DNA from: an uncultured Phycisphaerales bacterium
GTDB lineage: Bacteria; Planctomycetota; Phycisphaerae; Tepidisphaerales; Tepidisphaeraceae
Reading direction: 5' to 3'
Assembly (NCBI GenBank): GCA_963758525.1
Contig: CAVWVQ010000003.1
Span: 1,696,001 to 1,760,000, forward strand
DNA: 64,000 bases
The notes beneath the pieces were generated by a model. It saw only the letters and a program-made list of their open reading frames with translations, did not search any database and was not told the DNA's origin. Positions within the stretch are counted from its first letter, which is position 1, and every line of letters begins with the position of its first letter. Shown here piece after piece: positions 8,186-18,036 of this stretch. The position numbers and the translations under genes are program-made.

Positions 8186-10498
8186 TCAAAAATTCTCCGC
8201 TTTGCGTTGCGGCGCCTGCGCTTCGGACGCGCCGGCTGCAGCCGCGGAAAGCAATACCACGATGCGCGTTCCCTGGTTGGGGCGGCTCTCGAGGCGGATC
8301 GATCCGCCGCTGGCTTCGATCCATCGCAGCGCCTTGGCCAGCCCCATCCCGCGGCGTCGGCCGGCGGGCTTGTTGCTGAAAAATGGATCGAACGCGTGCT
8401 TGACCGTGTTCTCGTCCATTCCGCAGCCGTCGTCGCTGATCGTCACCACGACGCGGTTCGAGAACGGATCGAACCCTGCGTGGACGCCGATCTGACCTTT
8501 CCGCGGGTCGGTCGCGTGGATCGCGTTTTCGATCACCTCGCACAACGCGGCAGATACCTGCTTCACATCCAGCACCACCGTCGGGGCTTCCCCAATGGTC
8601 AGCTCAATGGACCTATCGGCCGGATCGTTCTGCATCTTGGCTTCATGCAGTGCACGTTCCAGCACGTCGGCAATTTCGGCCGGTTTGATCTGCGGAGCTT
8701 CAGGGCGCGCGAAGTCCATTAACTCCGTGATGATGGCGCTGAGTCGATGCGCCTGCTCGTGGATCAGGTGGGCGGCGGCCTTGAACTTCGGATCGACCAG
8801 CTGTGTGGCCAGAAGTTGCGAACGGCCGCTGATGACCGCCAGCGGATTATTCATCTCATGCGCCGCTCCCGCGGCCATCTCACCCACGCTGATCATCGTC
8901 CGGCTGCGGAGGATTTCCGCCTGGGCGGTGTGAAGCTGGCGATTGGCCTCGGCAAGCTGCTCGGCCAGGGCCCGCGCTTCTTCGCGCACCTGCGACGACC
9001 GCAAGGCCATCGCCCAGCCGTTGGCAATCGCGCACAGTTCCTTGACCTGCGCACCGAGGCGCGTCGACTCGCCGTCGGGCGCGCCCCACATGACTCCGCC
9101 GATGCAGACGTTGTCCGCCTGCAGGCAGATCCAGTATCGCCGCTCGTTGGGAAGCCGCGGAGAGACGACTGCGGAGAGCCATTCCAGATCGTCTCCAACT
9201 GCCATCACCGGGCCGTCGCCCACTGGCGGCCTCAGCGGGCGCGCGCTGCCGGATGCTCCATCCGTGTTGATCGCGACGGGGAGGTCGACCAGAGATGTGT
9301 CGAAGACGGTCCCGGTGTCGTCGCACATCAGCACTTCGGCGTAATCATGAGAAGCAGGCAGCGAGAAGGCAGCTGCGCAGGGAACTCCCAGGACCCCCAC
9401 TGCCGCCTGAGCGACCGCCCGCAGCACCGTTCCCGACTCCGCGTCGGGATGCAATTCCCCCTGGAACCCGCTGAGGGCGTCGAAGAATTTCGCTCGAACC
9501 GCGAGCCGTTTGTTCTTTGCCTCGAGCTGTCCTGCCGCCCTTCCCAGTTCCCGGTTGGCCTCGGCCAGCGCCTTTTGATACAGCTCGGCCGAGCTGACTT
9601 TTCCCAGGCCCATCGCCTGGGCGCGGGGCTCGATGGTTTCGACGAGCTGGCGGAGCACCTGCTGGACATCGCTTTCGGAAACGCCGGCGGCGTCGAGCAG
9701 TTCCTGGCGCGGACGCAAGAAACTGTAGTTGCCGCTGTATCCCAGGTGGTGCTCCCGCACGAGATCGTCGGCGAGCGCCACAAGACACACGATGCGCGGC
9801 TGCTGCACCGTCGCGGGAAGCGCGCGCGGGAGTTGTCCATGGAGCCATGCGCAGTCGCGGATGATGGCCGGCAAATGCCAGCGCTCCGCGAGGCGTTTGC
9901 CCACCACCATGTGATCGAGGCCGATGACGCTGCGCTCCACGTCGGCGATGTTGCCGCGAAGCATGTCAGCGGCTTCGATCACCCGGCTGTAGCTCTTGGG
10001 CAGCATCGCATCGAGCGCAATCTTGCCCAGATCATGAAGCAGCCCGCAGATGAAGGCAGTGGATCCCGCATTGCGGTCGGCGAGGGACGTTTGCGAGCCG
10101 CTCGTCGCGAGCAGCTCGGCACAACAGGCCACCGCAATGCAATGTTTCCAGAATTCCTCGCGATCGAACGGCGCGCCGGCGCCGCTGTCGGCGCCGTTGA
10201 ATGTCTCGAAGACTGAAAGCGCAAGCACGGCATTGCGAACGGATTCAAATCCGAGAAGCACGACCGCCCGTTCGATGCTGGTGATGTTGCCGCGTGCGCC
10301 GCTGTCTGCCCGGTGCAGCAGTTTGAGGATTCGGGCGGAGAGCGACGGATCGGAGCCGATGAGCTTGGCGACTTCGTCGGCGGTAGACCCCTCCTTGGCC
10401 GTCACTTCCAGCACGCGCGTCGCGACCGCGGGAAGCGTCGGAAGCTCTTCGAGCTGCTGGAGAATGAGCTCGATGCGTTTTTCGCGCAGGTCCGACAT
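8186..10498 (-). CDS. HDOD-domain cytoplasmic histidine kinase
   Basis: LPTLPAVA, FWKH, GLLHDLGK (HDOD); AHEMNNPL H-box, DDGCGM, FDPFF, GMGL. Confidence 0.9.
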   Translation of the reverse strand: MSDLREKRIELILQQLEELPTLPAVATRVLEVTAKEGSTADEVAKLIGSDPSLSARILKLLHRADSGARGNITSIERAVVLLGFESVRNAVLALSVFETFNGADSGAGAPFDREEFWKHCIAVACCAELLATSGSQTSLADRNAGSTAFICGLLHDLGKIALDAMLPKSYSRVIEAADMLRGNIADVERSVIGLDHMVVGKRLAERWHLPAIIRDCAWLHGQLPRALPATVQQPRIVCLVALADDLVREHHLGYSGNYSFLRPRQELLDAAGVSESDVQQVLRQLVETIEPRAQAMGLGKVSSAELYQKALAEANRELGRAAGQLEAKNKRLAVRAKFFDALSGFQGELHPDAESGTVLRAVAQAAVGVLGVPCAAAFSLPASHDYAEVLMCDDTGTVFDTSLVDLPVAINTDGASGSARPLRPPVGDGPVMAVGDDLEWLSAVVSPRLPNERRYWICLQADNVCIGGVMWGAPDGESTRLGAQVKELCAIANGWAMALRSSQVREEARALAEQLAEANRQLHTAQAEILRSRTMISVGEMAAGAAHEMNNPLAVISGRSQLLATQLVDPKFKAAAHLIHEQAHRLSAIITELMDFARPEAPQIKPAEIADVLERALHEAKMQNDPADRSIELTIGEAPTVVLDVKQVSAALCEVIENAIHATDPRKGQIGVHAGFDPFSNRVVVTISDDGCGMDENTVKHAFDPFFSNKPAGRRRGMGLAKALRWIEASGGSIRLESRPNQGTRIVVLLSAAAAGASEAQAPQRKAENF

Positions 10499-10718
10499 AG
10501 AGGGTTCAGGGTGTCAGAAGTCAGGGTTCAGGGTGTCAGGGTTCAGTGGGTTCAGGGCGTTCGGGTCGTTAGTAGCTCATTTGCGCTGAACGGGCGTTCC
10601 TTTGCGACTTAATGGAGCCGGTGTACATGGATCGGAGCTGGGTGGCATTCGCTAAACCTGAACCCTGAACCCTGAACCCTGAACCCTGAACCCTGAACCC
10701 TGACACCCTGAACCCTCT
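10499..10718. repeat. Inverted heptamer tandem-repeat cassette (GGGTTCA)n / (CCTGAAC)n
   Basis: Left arm 10499-10557; right arm 10657-10718 with six perfect CCTGAAC units; terminal 19 nt perfectly complementary. Confidence 0.9.
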
Positions 10719-10726
10719 CCTTCTGA

Positions 10727-11290
10727 CTACACCGTTAAGAGCTCGCCAATGCGTTCGATCAGCTTCTCGATATTGAAAGGCTTCTTGACGAAGTCGTCGG
10801 CGCCGGATTTCAGGAGGTCATTGATTTCTTCCTGGTTGACCACGCCGGAGACAATCACGATCTTCATGTGCTCGAAGTTGGGGTTCTTGCGGATGGTCTG
10901 GCAGACGATGTTGCCGTTAATGTCCGGAAGCATGTAGTCCAGGATGATCAGGTCCGGGAGGAACTCCTGGGTCAGAATTCCCGCGTCGTATCCCGTGGCG
11001 GCCGTCTTCACCTCAAATCGGCCGTCGCGGTCGAGTACGTCGACAAACAATTCCACAATTTCCGGGTCGTCGTCCACGACCAGCACCTTCTGCTTGCCGG
11101 TGTCGAGTGCATCAGGCGGAATGTTATTGTCACGCATGAACGCGATCAGCGCCTCGCGCGGGATGCGACGAAAGCGGCTGCCCGGAACGCGGAAGCCCTT
11201 GAGCCTGCCGCTGTCAAAGCAACGGATAATCGTCTGCTGCGAGACTTTGCAAATTTCTGCGGCCTCGCCGGTGGTGAAGACTGTCTTCAT
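10727..11290 (-). CDS. Excisionase-like HTH + receiver domain response regulator
   Basis: MKTVFTTGEAAEICKVSQQTIIRCFDSG HTH; VLVVDDD, LDYMLPD, KKPF. Confidence 0.9.
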   Translation of the reverse strand: MKTVFTTGEAAEICKVSQQTIIRCFDSGRLKGFRVPGSRFRRIPREALIAFMRDNNIPPDALDTGKQKVLVVDDDPEIVELFVDVLDRDGRFEVKTAATGYDAGILTQEFLPDLIILDYMLPDINGNIVCQTIRKNPNFEHMKIVIVSGVVNQEEINDLLKSGADDFVKKPFNIEKLIERIGELLTV

Positions 11291-11469
11291 GCGTACTCCA
11301 TCCCAAAATTTCCCTCGCCGGTATAATCGGCGAATTGCGAATAGTGTATCAGGCTTCTCCTGATACCCCATATTCCCTATTTAACCATCGGCAACGGCTT
11401 TTGGCAACTTGAGGGAGATAGGAATCTTCGGGCGGAATTATTGGACGGAGGGGAGGGGCGAAAGAAGCC

Positions 11470-11656
11470 CGAATGACGAAACCAGAAACCAGAATCAGAC
11501 CAGAAATCAGAATGACGAATGACTGAGACGAGTCCAGGGGCTGCGTTCAATTCAGTAGGCATAGCCACTGACGGGAATCACTGGCGCGCGAACTCGTTCA
11601 TTCAGGCATTCGTCATTCTGGCTTGATTCGGCATTCTGGTTTCGGAATTCTGGTTT
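11470..11656. repeat. Degenerate inverted heptamer cassette (GAATGAC/GAAACCA vs CATTCTG/CATTCGT) downstream of rpsD
   Basis: Left arm 11470-11523, right arm 11598-11656. Confidence 0.75.
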
Positions 11657-11667
11657 GTTTGGCCGTT

Positions 11668-12264
11668 TTATCGGTAGAACTCGATCACCAAGTTCATGTT
11701 CACTTCAAACGGCACTTCTTCGGTGGTCGGCAGCGACTTGATCGTCGCGGTGAGTTGAGCGGGGTTCCACTCCAGCCAGTTGGGCACGTTGTGACCGGCG
11801 TTTTGCTCCATGTTTTCGCGAAGCAGCTTGTGAATGCCTTCTCGGAAGGTAATCACTTGCCCCGGCTTAACGGAGTAACTCGCGATGTCGGTCTTGCGCC
11901 CATCGACGATCACATGCCCGTGGGCGACGATCTGGCGGGCGGCCCAGATCGTACGGCCGACGCCGAGCCGGCGAAGGACGTTATCCAACCGCCGCTCAAG
12001 CAGTTGAATCATGGTGCTGGCGGTGTTGCCCTTCGACTTCTTGGCATGGTCGAGGAAGCGGCGAAACTGCCGTTCCATCATGCAATAGTGAAAACGCAGC
12101 TTCTGCTTCTCGGCAAGGCGGACGCCGTACTCGGTATTGCGCCGGCCGCGATAGCCATGCATGCCTGGGAGGGTCAGGTCTTTGCCAGTATGTTTTGGGA
12201 CGTCGGCAATCGGGACGCCGACACGACGGGAGAGCTTGACCTTCGGTCCGGTATAACGGGCCAT
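11668..12264 (-). CDS. rpsD: 30S ribosomal protein S4 (form lacking Zn-binding Cys motif)
   Basis: MARYTGP, L.EKQKLR, LERRLDN, AARQIVAHGH, LVIEFY. Confidence 0.97.
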   Translation of the reverse strand: MARYTGPKVKLSRRVGVPIADVPKHTGKDLTLPGMHGYRGRRNTEYGVRLAEKQKLRFHYCMMERQFRRFLDHAKKSKGNTASTMIQLLERRLDNVLRRLGVGRTIWAARQIVAHGHVIVDGRKTDIASYSVKPGQVITFREGIHKLLRENMEQNAGHNVPNWLEWNPAQLTATIKSLPTTEEVPFEVNMNLVIEFYR

Positions 12265-12410
12265 GGAAGAAACGCTTTCTATGCCGGCGAACCGGCACTC
12301 AAAACATGCGAGGCGGCTCAGATATGAGACCGACTGATACGCCGTGAAGCGCCGGCATGGTTCTGAGGCATGCCGAAGCCCGTCACCCGCAAGCGGCAGG
12401 TGACCGACGA
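12265..12410 (-). promoter_or_regulatory. Structured 5' leader of rpsD (four hairpins)
   Basis: Stems at 12382-12404, 12353-12375, 12315-12331 and 12282-12297 (UUCG loop). Confidence 0.5.
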
Positions 12411-12867
12411 AAGATAGCAGAAGCGGGCGGCGGACGCCAGAAGGAGGGCCATTGTTGAGATCTTTTTGAACGGTGGTCACGGGTTAGAATAGTCGTCGGC
12501 ATCGCCCTCGGCGTGCGAGTTCGTTGGATGCGCGGTTCCACCGCATTTATTCACGCATCCGCGTCGGTTTTTAACTTCCACTTCAAGCCGCACCTGCGGC
12601 GACGCATCGTAACCAGCGAAGTTCAGGATTCGCGCTCCAACCGCCTACAAGTCCAAGTCTCCGCACTTGTTCGTCACGGACCGCTCGGCACCGTTTAAGC
12701 GGTTTGCGCCAAAGCGCATAAGTCGTTTATCAAAAGCATTTTTACAAAACCGATTAGTAATCCGATCGGATAGCATTAAAGCACTCGCTTCAGGCCCAGA
12801 ACGGCAAATAACGTGCTAACGTAGCCATTACGACATCGGCAATATCGTCCTACCATCGCTGCTTCAT

Positions 12868-13085
12868 ATGACACACGGTAACCGTCTCATCCAGCTTCGA
12901 AATCCTTCCATACGACCGATCGAGATTCGTAAGTCACTGAACTGCCTCACGCAACTGGAGAGAAGCTGCGCGTCGTGCCATTTGACGGGCGACTGGAGCT
13001 CATCCCTGTACGGGAAATTCGATCCATGCGCGGTTTCTTACGTGGCATGGATACCACTATCGAACGTGAAGAGGATCGCCTGTGA
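12868..13085 (+). pseudogene. vapB: Degenerate AbrB/MazE-type antitoxin
   Basis: Frameshifted remnants IEIRKSL and GEKLRVVPFDGRLELIPVREIRSMRGFLRGMDTTIEREEDRL; GTGA overlap with toxin. Confidence 0.65.
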
Positions 13086-13593
13086 GTGCAGCCAACGTGG
13101 TTGACTCGTCCGGCTGGCTGGAATATTTCGCGGGGAGCGATCGGGCTGATCTGTTCGCGGCGGCCATCGAAGACACGGCCAGTCTCGTGGTACCCGTTGT
13201 CAAGAGGTCTTTTCTCGCAGCGCAGCTGAGAAGGATCCCTAATTCTTCGCCAGAAGAGATCGGCTCCTAATTCGAAATGTTCCAGCTCGGCGACGTCAGT
13301 AGATAGACGCTCTGCGTCAAGTTTGGCCAGTACGCCCGCTTGGTTTCGATTTACGAAGTCTTTAAGAAGGTGCACGAGAACGCGGTGAAAACGACGCGCT
13401 GCAGGTCGCCAGTGTCATGCAGGCTGCCCGTGTGATTGAACTGGACGCCGCGTTGGCAATGGACGCTGCTCGCTACTCGCTGCCTCTGGCAGATAGCATA
13501 ATTTACGCTACCGCAATCCTTCACGCCGCGACGCTCTGGACCCAGGACGAACACTTCAAAGAGTTGCCGCAAGTACGTCATTTTCCAAAATGA
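13082..13593 (+). pseudogene. vapC: PIN-domain toxin split by ~145 bp insertion and a frameshift
   Basis: NVVDSSGWLEYF...LVVP | SIYEVFKK...LPLADSIIYATA...LWTQDEHF. Confidence 0.75.
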
Positions 13594-14112
13594 TCTAATC
13601 AACATCTTTGCTGCGATGTCGACCGGATCGTTGAACGCGGACGTGCCGACCACCTTGCGCAACGCGCTGGAGTTCGCGGTAGATTGCGACGACTGCGCGA
13701 ATCCCGGCCTCCCACATCGCTTTGGACTAAAATGCTGATCCAGTTGCCCACGCGGGTGCGAGAGCCGTCCGAAAACTTCATCAGCAAATCGTCAAAAGGG
13801 AGCCGTCCGAATACTTCATCAGCCGAGTCAGAAATTTCGGCTTCGCGCATCTTTCGCAGAAACGCACGGCGGATTTCCTCTGGCACACCGTCGCCGCGGG
13901 AGCGCACATCGCCAGGACACGACATGCCGCAGCTCGCGGTGTCAAGCAACAGACTCACCTATGGTCATGCCCGCGCCTTGCGCTGCGAATCTCGTTAGTG
14001 GTTACGCATTCAACGGGTTTCATCGGGTGCGTATCGCATCGAGCACGGTGGACGGAGAGGCGGTTTGCTCAGTGGGGTTTAGTTCGTGCCTGGTGGACGC
14101 GGTCCGCATCCG

Positions 14113-14187
14113 GTAGCGCGGGGTGCGTCTCGCCGCGGCTGAAGGCGCCGGGAGGAAAAATAGACGGCGGGATGAATCCAGCTCTAC
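14113..14187. repeat. Degenerate GTAG-type REP doublet supplying stop codon of adjacent gene
   Basis: CGGCGGGATGAATCCAGCTCTAC at 14165-14187 matches 4743-4765 at 21 of 23 positions. Confidence 0.65.
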
Positions 14188-14837
14188 ACTCTCGCCTTTT
14201 CCTCCGCCTGGCGCAGCAGCGTTTCTGCCTCGGGGTAGCCGGCTGCTCGCGCCGCTCGGGCGGCGGCGATCGCTTTGGCGAAATCCGGCGGGGTCATCAG
14301 CATGTGGGCCACTGCTTTGTAGTATTGTGCTTCGCCCAGTTGGGGATTGCGCTCGACGGCGGCGTCGAACCATTGCAGCGCTTCAGGAAGGCGGTCCATC
14401 CCCAGATACACCCGGCCCAGCGTCGTCATGCATTGCTCGCTGGCCTGCAGCGCCTGGGGAAAATCGGCGGCGGCGGAGATCGCCTGATCATATTCCTTGA
14501 GCGATGCATAGAGCATCATCAACTGATTCAGCGTGACGGAGTTGGCGGGCGACGCGCGCAGGCTGTTGTACATGCCGATCGCCTGCTGCGTTTGTTGTGC
14601 GTCGGCCCGATCGATGTTGGCGCGCAACTGCTGTGGAGTGGTCGGAAACTGGGCCCCGCAGGCGGAGCACTGTACGAACTTGCGGGCGGTGCCCATCGGG
14701 AAGATGGGGATGAAAAAAAGCGCAAACCACACCCTCTGGAGCTTGGGAAGCATGTCCGCCTCGCGATGGCACCGAGGGCATAGGGTGCGGACGGAAGGGC
14801 CCGAATCATCGGAGACGATTCCCCGCGAGCCAAACAT
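14184..14837 (-). CDS. Zinc-ribbon + TPR protein
   Basis: CPRC...WFALFFIPIFP...CSAC ribbon followed by TPR-like helices; start uncertain. Confidence 0.7.
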   Translation of the reverse strand: MFGSRGIVSDDSGPSVRTLCPRCHREADMLPKLQRVWFALFFIPIFPMGTARKFVQCSACGAQFPTTPQQLRANIDRADAQQTQQAIGMYNSLRASPANSVTLNQLMMLYASLKEYDQAISAAADFPQALQASEQCMTTLGRVYLGMDRLPEALQWFDAAVERNPQLGEAQYYKAVAHMLMTPPDFAKAIAAARAARAAGYPEAETLLRQAEEKARV

Positions 14838-14895
14838 GACGAAGATGAACCCGTGACGTTTTCTCGTTCGGCGATTCACGCAGTGCACGTTACCG

Positions 14896-16149
14896 TTGCC
14901 GATGTTGATTTGGAAACCCCCGATGCCCGATAGAAAATCCACGATGCTGATTCTGATTGTGGGCCTGTGCGCCCTGGCGTCGTCGTATTGGGCAAAAGGC
15001 TTTTGGTATTTGATCGATGGCCCCGCGGGGCAGGGGGCGATCGATCTTCGGGTGCGGTGGGTCGATCAGCGATACGTGCTGCATCGCCAGAACCCGTTCG
15101 ACGTCTACTTCACGCATCACGGCGCAGCCGTGCCGGCAGTGGTCTGGCACGGGCGCGATGCATCGGTCATTCCGCAACTGGGCGCGCCGGCCGCTGTCGG
15201 CTACCCCGCCTGGTCATACTTCTCGGGCTACGTGCTGTTCTGGCCTTCGTGGCAAACGACTCGGGTATATTACGCGGCGATTCAGTTGATCTGTCTGCTC
15301 TGGCTTGTCCGCTGGGCCTTTCTGCAGGGCCGGCAGGTGGATGCGTGGTGCGGCGCATTCTGCGCATCTGCCGTCGCCGCGACCGCAAGCTTCTGCACAA
15401 CGCTGGCGAACGGACAATATGGAATCCTCGTGCTGGCGCTTCTGGCGGCCGCCCTGCAGCTCGACGAAGCCGGCTGGCCCTGCACTGCCGGATTGCTGGC
15501 GGGCGTCGCGTGCCTGAAGCCGAACATCACCGGGCCATTTCTTCTGTGCTTCGCGGTGCGGCGGCGCTGGCGCGTGCTTTCGATGGCGACCGGATATCTC
15601 TCGATTGCGAGCCTGTGGATCTGGGTTGCGGTCCGCACCAATCCTCTGGAGATGCTCGGACAGATGCTGCGGGGCGGTGCGGACTTCGCACAGACCGGCT
15701 ACGGCCTGGTCAGCGTCGCGATCGCCCTGGGAATGAAGCCGGCAACGGCCACGCCGATCATCGCATTGTCGGTGATGTCGGTGACGCTTGTGATCTGCCT
15801 GAAATATCGGAAACGACCGGCGCTTGAACTGTTCGCTGTCGCGGGCGTCGCCGCTCGGTTCTGGACCTATCACCAGACCTATGACAACCTTTCGGTGATC
15901 TTCCTGCTGGTCGCACTGGCGCGAAAGTCATGGGTCAGAGGCACGCCAGGTCAGTTGCTGGCGCTGGGCGCGGTTGGCGTTTCGTTGTGGCTGCCCGCGA
16001 AATTCACGGACCTGCTTTGGTTTCAGGTCGTTCAATGCTTCGTCTGGATCGCTGGAACCGTTGTGATGCTGATCGACGCCAGCGCCAGGAACAGGGGTTA
16101 CCGTGATTCGGACGCGATGGGCTTCACCGACGTTGCCGCAAGTGCATAA
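14896..16149 (+). CDS. GT87/DUF2029-like integral-membrane glycosyltransferase
   Basis: Multi-TM; YP motif, GQ, LKP, YD motifs typical of GT-C GT87. Confidence 0.7.
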   Translation: MPMLIWKPPMPDRKSTMLILIVGLCALASSYWAKGFWYLIDGPAGQGAIDLRVRWVDQRYVLHRQNPFDVYFTHHGAAVPAVVWHGRDASVIPQLGAPAAVGYPAWSYFSGYVLFWPSWQTTRVYYAAIQLICLLWLVRWAFLQGRQVDAWCGAFCASAVAATASFCTTLANGQYGILVLALLAAALQLDEAGWPCTAGLLAGVACLKPNITGPFLLCFAVRRRWRVLSMATGYLSIASLWIWVAVRTNPLEMLGQMLRGGADFAQTGYGLVSVAIALGMKPATATPIIALSVMSVTLVICLKYRKRPALELFAVAGVAARFWTYHQTYDNLSVIFLLVALARKSWVRGTPGQLLALGAVGVSLWLPAKFTDLLWFQVVQCFVWIAGTVVMLIDASARNRGYRDSDAMGFTDVAASA

Positions 16150-16152
16150 GTT

Positions 16153-17072
16153 ATGACCAGGCCGTTGTTCTCCACGATCATTCCCGTTTACAACCGAGCC
16201 CGGCTCGCGACGTCCGCGATCGATTCGGCGCTGGCGCAGTCGCGGAGCGATCAGGAAATCATTGTTGTCGACGACGGTTCGACCGATGACACGGTGCCCG
16301 TGCTGCACGAGAGATACGGGGATCGCATCCGCCTGCTGCAGCAGCCCAACGCCGGACCGGGGCCGGGCGCAATACCGGAATCGAGGCCGCCAGCGGGACG
16401 TACATCGCGTTTCTCGACAGCGACGATCGCTGGCTTCCCTGGACGCTGGAGACTTATCGGAAAGTTGCAGAGCAGCACGGGCAGCCCGCGTTCATCACCG
16501 GCCAACATCGCGTGTTTCGCGAGGAGCAGGAACTTGCTGAGGCAGTCGAAATGCCCTTGCGCGTGGAGGCCTTTCCCGACTACCTGGCTTCGAGCGATCG
16601 ATGGCGCTGGTTTGGCGCTTCCTCATTTGTGGTTCGGCGGGATGCACTGATGGCGGCCGGAAAATTCGCCAACTCGCGCATGAACGGGGAGGACGCTGAT
16701 CTGGCGATGCGCCTTGGAATATCGCCGGGCTTCGTGCATATCGAGGAGCCGATCACTTTTGGCTATCGCGAGCACGACGCCAACGTCCGCCGGGATCTGT
16801 CTCGGACTCTTGCCGGGTTGAACTACCAGTTGGCCGCGGAGAAGAACGGAAGTTATCCCGGCGGCGCGGCGCGGCGCATGGAGCGCATCCGCATTCTCGG
16901 AGGATATGCTCGCCCCGTCGCGCTGGCTCTGCTCAAAGCAGGAGATCGGCGCGCCGCCTGGGCGCTGTATCGCCAGACGCTCGGCTGGAATCTGCGCCTT
17001 GGCCGGCTGCGTTATCTGCTTGGCTTTCCCGCCTCCGCGGTCATCGCGCGCAAGGCCCGCTTGTCCCCGTGA
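16153..17072 (+). CDS. Glycosyltransferase family 2 (frameshift ~16370)
   Basis: IIPVYNR, VVDDGSTD, FLDSDD, GED.DL. Confidence 0.85.
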
Positions 17073-17171
17073 TCAGTCAGCCGTAACGAGTCGTATCCAC
17101 AACTGGAGCCTTCCCTGGATTTTCCACCCCAAGCCACCCTCGTCATCGCGACGCGCAACCGCCGGGAATCC

Positions 17172-18017
17172 TTGCGCGTGGCGTTGGCGTCCGCTCTGAA
17201 ACAAACCACGCCGCTGGAGATTCTGGTGCTGGATGACGGCTCGGACGACGGAACTGCCGACATGGTGAGAAGCGAATTCCCTCTCGTGCGACTGGAACGT
17301 TGCGAGGAATCCGCCGGCTATATCGCCCGGCGAAATCAGGGCGCCGAGCTGGCGGCCGGGACGGTGATCGTTTCAATTGACGATGATGCCGCCTTCCCCT
17401 TTGCCGGAACGGTCGCGCAGACGCTCGCCGAGTTTGACGATCCCCGGATCGGCGCGGTGGCGATTCCATTCATCAATGTCAATCAGGGCCCGGAGGTTAC
17501 CTTGAAAGCGCCGGCCGACGGCTGTTGCGCAACATTCAGCTTCACGGGAACCGCTTATGCAATCCGTCGCGAGGTCTTTTTGCAGTTGGGCGGATTTCGC
17601 ACGTGCCTGGTGCACCAGGGGGAGGAGATGGATCTGTCCATTCGTCTGCTGCACGCCGGTTACGTCGTGCGGATCGGACGGGCGGACCCGATTCATCATT
17701 TCGAGTCGCCGCGCCGCGATCTGCGCCGGATGGACTACTTCGGACGCCGCAACGACATCCTCTTCGCGTGGAACAACGTCCCGCTGCCGGCGCTGCTTCC
17801 GCACCTGATGATGACCACCTTTCATGGGCTGCTTCTGGGATGGCGCGTCGGCAGATTTTCGCGGATGCTGCGCGGGCTGTTCGCCGGGTACGGGGCACTG
17901 TTCGGCGGCTGCGCCAGTCGTCGCCCCGTGAGCTGGAAAGTGTATCGCGTGGCTCGCGACCTGAAGAAACGGACCGCGCTTCCCATCAGGCAGGTGATCG
18001 CAATGATCGCGCGCTGA
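17172..18017 (+). CDS. Glycosyltransferase family 2
   Basis: LDDGSDD, RNQG, SIDDD, GEEMDL; homology extends upstream of called start. Confidence 0.85.
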   Translation: MRVALASALKQTTPLEILVLDDGSDDGTADMVRSEFPLVRLERCEESAGYIARRNQGAELAAGTVIVSIDDDAAFPFAGTVAQTLAEFDDPRIGAVAIPFINVNQGPEVTLKAPADGCCATFSFTGTAYAIRREVFLQLGGFRTCLVHQGEEMDLSIRLLHAGYVVRIGRADPIHHFESPRRDLRRMDYFGRRNDILFAWNNVPLPALLPHLMMTTFHGLLLGWRVGRFSRMLRGLFAGYGALFGGCASRRPVSWKVYRVARDLKKRTALPIRQVIAMIAR

Positions 18018-18036
18018 ACCGATCTGGGGTCGAATC

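Noticed and set aside
8747..10216. Long antisense ORFs (e.g. 8747-10216, 24678-26000, 30306-31982, 34946-36652, 33072-34331)
   Set aside because: Shadows of real genes in GC-rich DNA; no recognisable motifs.
10657..10718. Tandem repeats as CRISPR or guide-RNA arrays
   Set aside because: Units are 7-10 nt with no unique spacers; no cas, Nop-domain or similar effector in the window.
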